Source: Schwartzia sp. (in: firmicutes)
Lineage (GTDB): Bacteria > Bacillota > Negativicutes > Selenomonadales > Selenomonadaceae
Assembly: GCA_017619685.1 (NCBI GenBank)
Contig: JAFZRW010000024.1
Coordinates: 1-34,629, forward strand
Length of the DNA: 34,629 nt
Direction: 5' to 3'
Each line of letters starts with the position of its first letter. Positions within the stretch are counted from its first letter, which is position 1. The translations under genes and the position numbers were made by a program. The notes under the pieces were generated by a model. That model did not search any database, was not told where the DNA came from, and saw nothing but the letters and a program-made list of their open reading frames with translations. Shown in pieces: positions 15,729 through 25,530 of this stretch.

Positions 15729-17804
15729 TCATTTGGTGTTTTTCGCCGTCGCGATCTGTTCGTTGAGCGTGTCGATCAAGAGCGCAAGGTCGAAAGGCTT
15801 TGTGACATGCGCGTTCATGCCGTTTTCGAGGCTCGCCTGCTTGTCCTGCTCGCGGGCGTTGGCGCTGAGTGCAATGATGGGAAGATCTTTTACGTCCTCG
15901 CGATTCATGGCGCGAATGCGGTGCGTTGCTTCGTAGCCGTTCATCACGGGCATCTGGATATCCATCAGGACCGCGTCGTAATAATGCTCGGGGTGACAGT
16001 CGATGGCGTCCACCGCGTCGCAGCCGTCCGGCACCGAATCGACCTCGAAGCCCGATTCTTTCAGCATCGTTTCCGCAATCAGACGATTGACGCCCATGTC
16101 CTCCGCCAGTAGCAGGCGATATGCGCCATCTGCTTTCAGCTCGCTTTGCTCGGCGGTGGGTGCGAGGCGTTTCCGTGCCGCGCCTACCTGCTTCAAGGCC
16201 AAAGAGATGATGAAGGTCGAGCCTTTGCCTTTTTCGCTCTGGACGGTGATGGAACCGCCCATCAGGTCGAGGATCTTCTTCGTGATGGCAAGGCCGAGCC
16301 CCGTGCCGATATAGCCGGATTCCGTCGAATTTTTCTCGCGCTCGAAGACTTTGCCGACGCGCCGCAAAAATCCTTCCGCCATGCCGACGCCGTCGTCGGC
16401 GACGGAAATCTCGTAGCGCGCGTAGCCGGAGCCTGAGGCGAATTTCCTACGCACGGAAACTGTGACGTGGCCGCCTTCCGGCGTGAATTTTATCGCGTTG
16501 TCCACGAGATTGCTCATCAGACGGCGGAAACGCACGGTGTCGAGCAGTACGTCGGTAGGCGGAAGATTCACATCCGCCTTGAGCTCGATGTTCTTTTCGT
16601 CCGCTTTCGGGTGGAACATGTCGATGACGGCGGCGACCTCGTCGTCGAGACTTGCGGGCAGATCGTCCAGCGTGAATTTTTCCTGGGACAGGCTGCTCAT
16701 CTCGATGAGATTGTCGATAAGAGACAGCAGATGGCCGCTGGCGTCCTCGATGTTGTCGAGGAATTCCTTCAAGAGCTTCGGATCGTCCAGGTGGCTCTTG
16801 GCGAGAGCCGTGAAGCCGGTGATGGCGTTCATCGGCGTGCGGATGTCGTGAGATACGCTGAACAGGAAAGCGGACTTGATTTCGTTGGAGCGTTTTTCGC
16901 GCTCCAGCTCCATTTGTATTTCCATCTTTTCCGACAGTTCCCGCTGGACGCGGGCAATCCGCTCCGTCACGTCGCGGAATCCCAAGACCGCGCCGGATAT
17001 TTCGCTGTCCTTGACGCGGACGACGGACATTTCCATATAGATAGGCGTTTTACCGTCGCCGATGCAGCGATATGTCGCCGTATAGGAAGGGACATTGGCG
17101 AGCCGTTCACGAATATGCGCTTCGTCTGTCTGCCGCTGGAAAAACGCCTGGTCTTCCGGCAATACATAGCGCTGCCCATATTCCTCGAACACGCGGTGAT
17201 AGTCCGCGAATTGTTCATCGCCGCCTGCGAGCTTTTCGGCAATTTCAAGGAAGATCCCGTTTTCCTGCAAATACGGGCGCATACTGCCCGATACGAAATT
17301 CAAAAGGAAGATCGACGAATAGCCGACGGAGAGGCCTTCGATGACTTGCGCGCGGCGCAGGCTTTCTTCCTGCGCGGCAAGCTCCTCGGTAATGTCGCGG
17401 ATAAAGACGTAGAAAACGTCGCCGCCCTCTTGCGTGTGGATGAGGCGCCCATAATCGTCCACCCAGCGGATCTCACCGTCTTTGCGCTTGATGCGGTATT
17501 TCACGTAGTCGAGCCGTTTGGCGTTTTTATCGACTTGCTGGAGGATCGACGCCTCGACGCTTTCAAGGTCAGCGGGGTGGACGAGTCCCATGAAGGTGCC
17601 GCCGGTCAGCTCGCGGAATTCCTCTTCCGTCTTGCAGCCGAAAATGTCCAGCATTACGTCGTTGATGTAGAGGATTGTCTCGTCGCCGTCGGCGCGGTAG
17701 ATGAAGAAGCCTCCCGGCATCTTCGCCGCCATGCGCTGCAACGCTTCGAGCGTCGTTTCCGCTTTGTTTCCGTCTGTCACAGCGGGAAGAATCTTGTCGC
17801 TCAT
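15729..17804 (-). CDS. Hybrid sensor histidine kinase (PAS, HisKA, HATPase, REC), cytoplasmic
   Basis: H-box SHDIRTPMNAI, GTGLGLAI, C-terminal receiver LLLAEDMGVN...LMDIQMPVMNG. Confidence 0.93.
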   Translation of the reverse strand: MSDKILPAVTDGNKAETTLEALQRMAAKMPGGFFIYRADGDETILYINDVMLDIFGCKTEEEFRELTGGTFMGLVHPADLESVEASILQQVDKNAKRLDYVKYRIKRKDGEIRWVDDYGRLIHTQEGGDVFYVFIRDITEELAAQEESLRRAQVIEGLSVGYSSIFLLNFVSGSMRPYLQENGIFLEIAEKLAGGDEQFADYHRVFEEYGQRYVLPEDQAFFQRQTDEAHIRERLANVPSYTATYRCIGDGKTPIYMEMSVVRVKDSEISGAVLGFRDVTERIARVQRELSEKMEIQMELEREKRSNEIKSAFLFSVSHDIRTPMNAITGFTALAKSHLDDPKLLKEFLDNIEDASGHLLSLIDNLIEMSSLSQEKFTLDDLPASLDDEVAAVIDMFHPKADEKNIELKADVNLPPTDVLLDTVRFRRLMSNLVDNAIKFTPEGGHVTVSVRRKFASGSGYARYEISVADDGVGMAEGFLRRVGKVFEREKNSTESGYIGTGLGLAITKKILDLMGGSITVQSEKGKGSTFIISLALKQVGAARKRLAPTAEQSELKADGAYRLLLAEDMGVNRLIAETMLKESGFEVDSVPDGCDAVDAIDCHPEHYYDAVLMDIQMPVMNGYEATHRIRAMNREDVKDLPIIALSANAREQDKQASLENGMNAHVTKPFDLALLIDTLNEQIATAKNTK

Positions 17805-17822
17805 GTTTCCACGTCCCTTTCC

Positions 17823-19022
17823 TTATTTATAATATGAGCATACCTCATTTAGCCCGTTCTTTGCAAGTATAGGTATCAGGAATCGAGAGTCTGCCGGAGC
17901 GTCGTATATGGTGTTCAGGAATTTTACGACGTCTGCGGGAGGCAGCGGCCGGCATATCTGGCAAAAGAGGGTCAGCGTCCATTCGGAAAACCGGTCTTCT
18001 TTCAGCGATTCCGCCACGTAATCCAGTGCGTCCGCGTCTTGCCCGCGGCGGTGCGTAATATCCGCCAGAAAGCTGAGAATGCCCGCACGAATGCGCGCAG
18101 TTCCGTTTTCGCTCATAGCAAGCGCCGCTGCAAAACTTTCTTCCGCCCGGTCATAATCCTTTTCCTGCCAGAACGCGATGCCTTCGTCCATCTTATAATC
18201 CGGCGTTTGGGGGAACTTTTTCAGCGCCTCCTGCGCCATCCTGGAGATATCGGCTGCCGGACGCCGGAGCACGAGCATGGAGCCTAACAGCACGTCATAC
18301 GGGCGCTGCTCCATCCCGGGCAATGCCTCGCCGCTTGCGAGCGCCTTGTGCGCCTGCTCCATCGCTTCTTCATATCGTTTCAGCCCAAAATAACAATCCG
18401 CTAAATAATAGGCGTCCGTCCATATCTCACCGCGTCGCGTTCTTTCTGCAAGCAGCATTTTCAAGTTGCGTTCAAGTTTTGCCTGCATCACGCTTGACGA
18501 ATATCCTGTATGCCAAATGGTTACATTGTTCACAGTCGGCACGTCCCATGTGCCGCCGCTGGCGCCGATTTGTTCATGGACGGCGCCCTGATAGCGAATA
18601 TCGGGATGACGCCGAAAAACACGGATCTGGACGCCTCCGGAGGAGATGAGGTTTCCGCGGTCGACGTCTATATTGACGATCGGGCAAAGGAAGCCCGCCG
18701 TTCGCGCTTCTTTGTCGAAACGACGAATCAGCTCTTTAACTTTTGGGACGTCGTCCTCCTGAAAATATTCGTCGGCGTCCAGGAATACGATCCAATTCCC
18801 GCGCGCTTTTTTCAGCGCGAAATTTTTTGCCGCCGCGAAATCGTTGCGCCAGGCAAACGGATATACATGAGCGCCCGCCGCGAGGGCCAGCTCCGCCGTC
18901 CTGTCCGTCGAGCCGGTGTCCACGACGACGATCTCGTCTGCGAGCATCTTCATGCAGGCGAGCCAGCGCGGCAGATTTTCCTCTTCATTTTTTACGATGG
19001 CGCACGCCGAAATCTTAATCAT
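17823..19022 (-). CDS. Family 2 glycosyltransferase with C-terminal TPR region
   Basis: ISACAIVKNEEENL...VVVDTGSTDRT and a DADE motif. Helical repeat C-terminus. Confidence 0.85.
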   Translation of the reverse strand: MIKISACAIVKNEEENLPRWLACMKMLADEIVVVDTGSTDRTAELALAAGAHVYPFAWRNDFAAAKNFALKKARGNWIVFLDADEYFQEDDVPKVKELIRRFDKEARTAGFLCPIVNIDVDRGNLISSGGVQIRVFRRHPDIRYQGAVHEQIGASGGTWDVPTVNNVTIWHTGYSSSVMQAKLERNLKMLLAERTRRGEIWTDAYYLADCYFGLKRYEEAMEQAHKALASGEALPGMEQRPYDVLLGSMLVLRRPAADISRMAQEALKKFPQTPDYKMDEGIAFWQEKDYDRAEESFAAALAMSENGTARIRAGILSFLADITHRRGQDADALDYVAESLKEDRFSEWTLTLFCQICRPLPPADVVKFLNTIYDAPADSRFLIPILAKNGLNEVCSYYK

Positions 19023-19145
19023 GGGGTTTGTTCACAACCTCCGCCAACGTTTTCATCATTTGCGGTATATCGATAGGAAAAAACAAACTTAATTATCAGT
19101 CTAATTTTATCAGAAAAAAGAGTCATAGCAAAGTACATTTTTCCC

Positions 19146-19174
19146 TTGCGGTTTGCGGTCGGCTCTTTTATGAT
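19146..19174 (+). promoter_or_regulatory. Candidate deoC promoter
   Basis: TTGCGG, 17 nt, TATGAT. Confidence 0.35.
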
Positions 19175-19209
19175 GATAAAGGAAAATATTTTAATAAAGG
19201 AGATATTTT

Positions 19210-19875
19210 ATGAAAGCGTCGGAAATACTTGCTCATGTCGATCATACGCTGCTCGCGCCTACGGCGTCATGGGAGGAAATGCGGGCGCTGGCGGACGAGG
19301 CGGTTCGTTACCGCACGGCGTCCGTCTGTGTGCCGCCGGCGTATATCGCGCGGCTTCATAAAACATACGGCGAAAAGTTGACGATCTGCACGGTCATCGG
19401 CTTTCCCCTCGGCTACGACACGACGGCTGCGAAATGCGCCGCCGCGCGGGAAGCGGTCGCGGACGGGGCGGACGAGCTCGACGCGGTGATGAACCGTATC
19501 GACATGAAAAACGGCGACCTTGCGAAAATCACGCAGGAGATCGCCGCGCTGAAAGAGGTCGCGGGAAGCCGTATATTGAAGATTATCGTCGAGGCCTGCG
19601 ACTTGACGACGGAAGAAAAAATCGCCGCCTGTCGGTGCGTGACCGAGGGCGGCGCGGATTTCATCAAGACGTCGACCGGATTCGGAAAAGGCGGCGCGAC
19701 GCATGAGGATATCGATCTGTTCCGCGCGCATATCGGCGCGGGCGTGCGCATGAAAGCGGCGGGCGGCATTCGTACCGTCGAGGATATGGAAGCGTATCTC
19801 GCGCAGGGATGCGACCGTATCGGCGCGTCAGCCGCCGTCCGCCTGCTGGCGGCGCGTGCGGACGCAGGGCAGTGA
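19210..19875 (+). CDS. deoC: Deoxyribose-phosphate aldolase
   Basis: DHTLL, VCV and FIKTSTGF (Schiff-base Lys) motifs. Confidence 0.95.
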   Translation: MKASEILAHVDHTLLAPTASWEEMRALADEAVRYRTASVCVPPAYIARLHKTYGEKLTICTVIGFPLGYDTTAAKCAAAREAVADGADELDAVMNRIDMKNGDLAKITQEIAALKEVAGSRILKIIVEACDLTTEEKIAACRCVTEGGADFIKTSTGFGKGGATHEDIDLFRAHIGAGVRMKAAGGIRTVEDMEAYLAQGCDRIGASAAVRLLAARADAGQ

Positions 19876-19876
19876 T

Positions 19877-21100
19877 TTACGCGGTCATCGTGAACCACGT
19901 ATAGACGCTGAAAATCGTCAGCAGGACGATTTCGCCCAAGAGGATCGGGCGCAAGGTGCCGAAGAAATTCGCGCGGAAATAATCCACCGTGACCACGAGG
20001 CACATGTGCGTCGGCGTCAGCATTTGCCCGGCGACGCCGAAAGCCATCGCGATGCCCGCGAGGTCGAGATTGCCCGTGCCCATCGCCGCGACGATAGGCA
20101 TGACGATAGCGACGTGCCCTTGCGACATGCCCGTCAGGAGACCGATGATGAAAGACACGCAGGCGATAATCACGGGAACGGGCAGCGGCGACGATTGGAA
20201 CGCCGAGACGATCTCCGGGAGCACTCCGGTGACCGTCAGGATCTGGATAAAATAGAGGATGCAAAGCACGTTCCCGAGCATTTTCGTATCCAGTGCGCCG
20301 ACCACCGTATCCCGCACGCTGACGAAGCGGCTCGTGGCGCGCAGCACGAAGAACAGCAGGAACGTCACCGCGCCCATGGCCAGCGACGCGTTCATATCGA
20401 GAAAGACCACCAGCAAGAACGTGGAAACCACAGGAGCAAGCGCAAGGATCAGGTCGACAGTCTCATGCTTTTTTCGCGTACTGTCCGCCGGCGGTTTCGG
20501 CTCGACAGGCACCCGCAGCGGGCGGATCAGGATAAACCAGCCGATGGAAAAGGCCAGGATCGTCAGCCAGCTCAGATGCTTCAGGAATTCACTGAACGGC
20601 ACGCCCGCGATATTGCAGGCCATGATCATGCCGGGAATGATCGGGCTGGAAAACTCGAAGATGTGGCGGAACCAAAAGTTGATAGCCGATTTGTGCTCCT
20701 GGGAAAGGGAGAGGTCGTCGGAAAGCTCGTCTACGATCGGCGCGGAAAATCGCGCGCCGCCCAGAGACGGCAGCAGCCCGAGAAACGCGGGCATCAGCGC
20801 CAGCAGCGCTTTCGCGCTGGAAAAGACGCGCCGGAGCGCGTTCACCATACCGGACAGCGTGCCGCTCGTGCGGAGCTCGATTTCGAGAGCCATGACGAAA
20901 TACAGCGCCAGTATGATATCGTAGGTGCGCGACAGGGAAAGCGTCTGCTTCGCGGCGACAAAAAGCGCCGCCGGATCGCTGGATTGCGTGATCCAAAGCA
21001 ACAGGCCGCCGGCCAGCATACAAGGCCCGATGGGGACATGTTTTCGGAGCAGCAGGAGAATCAAAAGAAACGCCGCCGCCAGCGGGAAGAAAATAGACAT
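19877..21100 (-). CDS. DUF401-family polytopic membrane protein
   Basis: ATG 21100 has an AAGGAG SD. About 12 hydrophobic segments. Resembles the TIGR00529/DUF401 family (from memory). Confidence 0.7.
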   Translation of the reverse strand: MSIFFPLAAAFLLILLLLRKHVPIGPCMLAGGLLLWITQSSDPAALFVAAKQTLSLSRTYDIILALYFVMALEIELRTSGTLSGMVNALRRVFSSAKALLALMPAFLGLLPSLGGARFSAPIVDELSDDLSLSQEHKSAINFWFRHIFEFSSPIIPGMIMACNIAGVPFSEFLKHLSWLTILAFSIGWFILIRPLRVPVEPKPPADSTRKKHETVDLILALAPVVSTFLLVVFLDMNASLAMGAVTFLLFFVLRATSRFVSVRDTVVGALDTKMLGNVLCILYFIQILTVTGVLPEIVSAFQSSPLPVPVIIACVSFIIGLLTGMSQGHVAIVMPIVAAMGTGNLDLAGIAMAFGVAGQMLTPTHMCLVVTVDYFRANFFGTLRPILLGEIVLLTIFSVYTWFTMTA

Positions 21101-21218
21101 TGCAAACTCCTTAAAATAACGCTGAAACTTTTCTCGCAGTATAGCACAGTTGCAGGAAAAACGCACGTCAATCTTGCATGGGAAAGTATCGAATCTTGAA
21201 ATGCGAAGAGGGAACGAG

Positions 21219-22037
21219 ATGGAGCGAAAAACGGAGAAGCTGCTCGGGCGGCTGAAAAATTATGGGAGCCTCGTGGTGGCGCTTTCAGGCGGCGTGGACA
21301 GCTCGACGTTGACGAAAGCGGCGGGTATTGCGCTCGGCGATAAAGCCGTCGCCGTCACGGCGCGCTCGGAATTCTTGGCGTCGGAGGAGCTGGCAGACGC
21401 GCGGGACGCGGCAAAAGCGGCAGGCGTTCGCCATTTCGTCGTCGACGCGAGGGATCTTGACGATCCGAACATTGTGAAGAACGACAGGGAACGCTGCTAT
21501 TACTGCAAGCGCGGACGTTTTCAAAAGCTCTGCGACTGGGCAAAGGAAAACGGTTTTGCCTTTGTGGCCGACGGGAGCAATCTTGACGACGCGGGAGATT
21601 TTCGCCCCGGTGCGCGGGCGATTGCGGAGCTGGCGCCGACGGTCGTTTCGCCGTTTGTTGAATGCGGGTGGTCGAAAGCCGACATCCGCGCGCAGGCGCG
21701 GGCATGGGGTCTTTCCGTCGCGGACAAGCCCAGCGCGGCCTGTCTCGCCTCCCGTGTCGAATACGGCGTGCCGCTGACAGCGGAGCGGCTCGCGCAGGTC
21801 GAGACGGCGGAAAGAATCCTGCGGCCTTTCGTGGAAGGACAGCTTCGTGTGCGTCATCACGGCGCGCTTGCGCGCGTCGAGGTCGAGCCCTCCGCGATTG
21901 AGAATATCGTCGAGCGCCGCAGCGAAATCGCGGAAAAGCTGAAATCCGTCGGATTCCTTTATGTGACCCTCGATCTCGTCGGCTACAGAACCGGCAGTAT
22001 GAATGAAATGCTGGAAAAATCCCCTGGCAAGGATTGA
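21219..22037 (+). CDS. larE: LarE-type ATP-dependent sulfur transferase (PP-loop ATPase)
   Basis: PP-loop SGGVDSS, the SAACLASR cysteine motif, and GYRTGSMN. Start could also be ATG 21201. Confidence 0.85.
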   Translation: MERKTEKLLGRLKNYGSLVVALSGGVDSSTLTKAAGIALGDKAVAVTARSEFLASEELADARDAAKAAGVRHFVVDARDLDDPNIVKNDRERCYYCKRGRFQKLCDWAKENGFAFVADGSNLDDAGDFRPGARAIAELAPTVVSPFVECGWSKADIRAQARAWGLSVADKPSAACLASRVEYGVPLTAERLAQVETAERILRPFVEGQLRVRHHGALARVEVEPSAIENIVERRSEIAEKLKSVGFLYVTLDLVGYRTGSMNEMLEKSPGKD

Positions 22038-22127
22038 TTTGATTCCCCTTGCAGTTCCTGTATTTTGTTGCAAGGCGCTGTCGCATACGAAATATTTTAA
22101 GGAAACAACGATTAAGTCAATTTATGG

Positions 22128-22233
22128 CCTTGCCGAGGGATTTTTTCGTCAGGCAAGAAAGATGGCGTGAAGTCGTAGCAGAGCTACGTCGAGCGGCATC
22201 TGCCGCAGCATGACGGAAAAAGAACCGGCAAGG
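22128..22233 (-). repeat. ~108-nt structured repeat element, copy B (inverted relative to copy A)
   Basis: The reverse complement aligns with 14883-14990, with compensatory substitutions in the predicted stems. Confidence 0.8.
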
Positions 22234-22260
22234 GTGAAAGGGACTTATTCGGTGTTTCCT

Positions 22261-22281
22261 CAAGTAAGAATTTCTTACTTG
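22261..22281. promoter_or_regulatory. Perfect 10-bp-arm palindrome
   Basis: CAAGTAAGAA-T-TTCTTACTTG. Confidence 0.4.
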
Positions 22282-22378
22282 AAAATTTTCATGCAAAAAA
22301 TAGACATGGAGAAATTCCATATATATCAACGGGTTTAAAATTTAACTGAAAATTCCATGATTACGACATTGGGCTGTC

Positions 22379-22415
22379 GCAGGAAGAATATACTCTTCCT
22401 GCGGCGGTCCTTTTT
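22379..22415 (+). terminator. Hairpin plus T-run upstream of the suf promoter
   Basis: CGCAGGAAGA-ATATAC-TCTTCCTGCG, with T5 six nt downstream. Confidence 0.5.
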
Positions 22416-22464
22416 AATAAGTCGGCTATCGGTTTTATTTATTTTCATACTTACCATATAGGGA

Positions 22465-22493
22465 TTGACAATAAAGGATGAATCTCCTAAAAT
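22465..22493 (+). promoter_or_regulatory. suf operon promoter
   Basis: TTGACA, 17 nt, TAAAAT. Confidence 0.55.
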
Positions 22494-22519
22494 GAATCCA
22501 TCGTAAAGGGGTGCTTGAT

Positions 22520-23269
22520 ATGGCAGAAAATTTATTGACGATTCGCGGATTGCGCGCGGGCGTGGAAGGAAAAGAAATATTGCGGGGCGTCGATCTTTCC
22601 GTCGGGAAAGGAGAGACGCACGTGCTCTTAGGGCCGAACGGCTCCGGAAAGACGACGCTGATGAACGTTATCATGGGGCATCCGCGCTATGAGGTGTACG
22701 AGGGCAGCGCGGCTTTTGACGGCAAAGAGCTTCTCACGCTTCCGACGCATGAGCGTGCGCGGCGCGGGCTGTTCTTGTCCTTCCAGACGCCGGAGGAGAT
22801 ACCGGGCGTCACGGTGGAAAATATGCTGCGGACGGCGCGGCAGGCAATCACGGGGAAAAAGGCCGGGGTCATGGCGTTCCGAAAAGAACTGGCGGCGGCG
22901 CTCGAAACGCTCAAAATGGACGCGGACTGGGCGAGCCGATATTTGAACGTGGGATTTTCCGGCGGCGAGAAAAAGCGGACGGAAATCTTGCAGCTTTTGA
23001 TGCTGAAGCCGAAACTTGCGCTTCTTGACGAGACGGATTCGGGGCTCGACGTGGACGCGGTGCGTGTTGTGTCGAACGGCGTCAAGGCGTTTCGCACGCC
23101 GGAGAATGCGTGCCTGATCATCACGCACAATGCGAATATCTTGTCCGCGCTTTCCGTGGACAGGGCGCATGTGCTCCTGGACGGACGCATCGTGAAAAGC
23201 GGCGGCGCGGAGTTGGTCGAGGAGATCGGAGCCCACGGTTACGCTCATTTTCTCGGAGGGGAAAGGTGA
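22520..23269 (+). CDS. sufC: Fe-S cluster assembly ATPase SufC
   Basis: GPNGSGKTTL, FSGGEKKR, LLDETDSGLD. Confidence 0.96.
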   Translation: MAENLLTIRGLRAGVEGKEILRGVDLSVGKGETHVLLGPNGSGKTTLMNVIMGHPRYEVYEGSAAFDGKELLTLPTHERARRGLFLSFQTPEEIPGVTVENMLRTARQAITGKKAGVMAFRKELAAALETLKMDADWASRYLNVGFSGGEKKRTEILQLLMLKPKLALLDETDSGLDVDAVRVVSNGVKAFRTPENACLIITHNANILSALSVDRAHVLLDGRIVKSGGAELVEEIGAHGYAHFLGGER

Positions 23270-23275
23270 CGCGCC

Positions 23276-24682
23276 ATGGCGAAGCAGAAGACCTTCATTG
23301 AAGATATCGAGCGCGCGCTTTACGACGTGCGCGGCGAGGACCGGCCGCGCTACCGGTCGGAAAGCGGACTGACCGAGGAGATCGTGCGGGACATTTCGGA
23401 GCGCAAGCGCGATCCGGCCTGGATGACGGAGATGCGGCTCGAATCGCTGGCCGTTTACAATGAGACGCCGCTGCCTGCATGGGGGCCGGATCTTTCGGCG
23501 CTGGATATGGAAAAGATCGCGACTTATGTGCAGCCGGACGCACAGATGGCGGGGCGATGGGAGGACGTGCCGGATGAGATTCGGGACGCTTTCGACCGGC
23601 TCGGGATTCCCGAGGCGGAAAAAGAGTCGCTGGCGGGCGTCGGCGCGCAGTACGACTCCGAAGTAGTTTATCACAGCATACAGTCGAGCCTGACGAAGCA
23701 GGGCGTCATCTACACCGATATGGAGACGGCGCTCCGCGAGCATGAGGATATCGTGCGCGCGCACTTCATGAAGCTCGTGCCGCCGAAAGATCACAAGTTT
23801 GCGGCATTGCACGGCGCGGTTTGGTCCGGCGGTTCTTTTGTGTACGTTCCCGCCGGCGTCGAAGTGAAAATCCCGCTCCAGTCATATTTTCGGCTCAACG
23901 CGCCGGGCGCGGGGCAGTTCGAGCACACGCTGATTATCGTGGAGAAGGGCGCGAGCCTGCATTTCATCGAGGGCTGTTCCGCGCCGAAGTACAGCGTGAC
24001 GAATCTGCACGCGGGCTGCGTCGAGCTGTATGTGAGAGAGGGCGCGCGGCTCCGCTATTCGACCATCGAGAACTGGTCGAAGAACATGATGAATCTGAAC
24101 ACGAAACGCGCGCTGGTGGAAAAGGGCGGCCTGATCGAGTGGGTGTCCGGCTCCTTCGGTTCCCGCGTCTCCATGCTGTATCCGACGAGCATCTTGTCCG
24201 GCGAGGGGGCGCGCTGCGAGTTCACGGGCGTGACCTTCGCAGGACGCGGGCAGCATCTCGACACCGGCGCGACGGTCGTCCATGCCGCGCCTCGTACCTC
24301 GTCGGTAATCAATACCCGCTCCATTTCAAAGGACGGCGGCGTTGCCGTGTATCGGAGCGGCGTCAAAGTGGCCGCCGGGGCAAAGGGCGTGAAATGCGCG
24401 GTGAACTGCGAATCGCTGATGCTCGACGACGTTTCCCGCTCCGACACGATCCCGGTCATGGACGTCCGCGAGGACGACGCGGACGTCGGGCATGAGGCGA
24501 AGATCGGGCGCATCAGCGACGAGGCGATTTACTATCTGACAAGCCGGGGCATCAAAGAGGACGAGGCGCGGGCGATGATCGTGCGCGGATTCGTCGAGCC
24601 GATCGCGAAAGCGCTGCCGATGGAGTACGCAGTGGAAATGAACAATCTGATCAATATGGAACTGGAAGGGACGAGGGGATAA
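23276..24682 (+). CDS. sufB: Fe-S cluster assembly protein SufB
   Basis: 468 aa with typical SufB C-terminal beta-helix sequences (FIEGCSAP, GRISDEAIYYLTSRGI). Confidence 0.95.
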   Translation: MAKQKTFIEDIERALYDVRGEDRPRYRSESGLTEEIVRDISERKRDPAWMTEMRLESLAVYNETPLPAWGPDLSALDMEKIATYVQPDAQMAGRWEDVPDEIRDAFDRLGIPEAEKESLAGVGAQYDSEVVYHSIQSSLTKQGVIYTDMETALREHEDIVRAHFMKLVPPKDHKFAALHGAVWSGGSFVYVPAGVEVKIPLQSYFRLNAPGAGQFEHTLIIVEKGASLHFIEGCSAPKYSVTNLHAGCVELYVREGARLRYSTIENWSKNMMNLNTKRALVEKGGLIEWVSGSFGSRVSMLYPTSILSGEGARCEFTGVTFAGRGQHLDTGATVVHAAPRTSSVINTRSISKDGGVAVYRSGVKVAAGAKGVKCAVNCESLMLDDVSRSDTIPVMDVREDDADVGHEAKIGRISDEAIYYLTSRGIKEDEARAMIVRGFVEPIAKALPMEYAVEMNNLINMELEGTRG

Positions 24683-25530
24683 TGGCGGCAGCGGAAAAAG
24701 AGATCGTTTACGGCAGGATTCCCGTTCCGACATGGCGCTGGCTAGGCGTCAACGAGGTGCGCGTGTCCGAGGAGGTTTTGCAGGAAACGCCTGCCGCGCG
24801 GCTCGTCACGATTCCCGCAGGAGAGACGCGGGAATTGACGGTCGTGACTCGGGACGAAGCAGTTTCCGAGCTTCATGTGGAAATCGGCGCAGGGGCGGAG
24901 CTTCGTCTGATACGGGCGCGGCTCGCGTCGGACGGAACGCAGTGCGCCGACAAAGTCAAGGTTGCGCTGGCGGAAAACGCGCGGATTGTCTATACTGCCG
25001 TGAATCTCGGCGGGGCGCGCATCGCCGATTTGCTTGACGTCGACCTCGTCGGCGACGGCAGCAGCGCCGACGTCGTGGCGCTGTATTATGCCGACGGACA
25101 GCAGAAAATAGATATGAACTATATCGCGCGTCAGCGGGGAAAGAATACCGACGCTTCGCTCGACGTGCAGGGCGGACTTGCCGGAAGGGCGGAGAAAATC
25201 TTTCGCGGCACGCTGGACTTTGTTCGCGGAACCGTCGGCTCCGTCGGGCGCGAGCGGGAGTCGGTCACGCTGCTTTCGCCGAACGTCGTGAATCGATCCG
25301 CGCCGCTTATGCTTTCCGGCGAAGCGGAAGTGGACGGGCGTCATGCGACGAGCGTCGGCAGACTTGATGAAGAGAAACTCTATTACCTGACGAGCCGCGG
25401 ACTTTCGGAGGCGGACGCAAGGCGGCTCGTCGTGCTCGCAGCCGCAGCGCCGGTGTTGGAACGCGTGACCGACGCCGCGCTGGCAGACGAGATTCGGACG
25501 TTTATTGAAAGGAGGCTTTCCGATGGTTGA
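24682..25530 (+). CDS. sufD: Fe-S cluster assembly protein SufD (short form)
   Basis: SufB/D family C-terminus (GRLDEEKLYYLTSRGL). ATG overlaps the sufB stop. Confidence 0.85.
   Translation: MAAAEKEIVYGRIPVPTWRWLGVNEVRVSEEVLQETPAARLVTIPAGETRELTVVTRDEAVSELHVEIGAGAELRLIRARLASDGTQCADKVKVALAENARIVYTAVNLGGARIADLLDVDLVGDGSSADVVALYYADGQQKIDMNYIARQRGKNTDASLDVQGGLAGRAEKIFRGTLDFVRGTVGSVGRERESVTLLSPNVVNRSAPLMLSGEAEVDGRHATSVGRLDEEKLYYLTSRGLSEADARRLVVLAAAAPVLERVTDAALADEIRTFIERRLSDG

Noticed and set aside
19873-19879. deoC and the convergent DUF401 gene end 1 nt apart with no terminator between them
   Set aside because: Tight convergent gene ends are common in compact genomes, and no further signal was seen.
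14883-22233. The two inverted ~108-nt copies could delimit an invertible 7.2-kb segment
   Set aside because: No recombinase lies between or beside them, the copies are only ~85% identical, and the enclosed genes are ordinary housekeeping genes with their own promoters and terminators.
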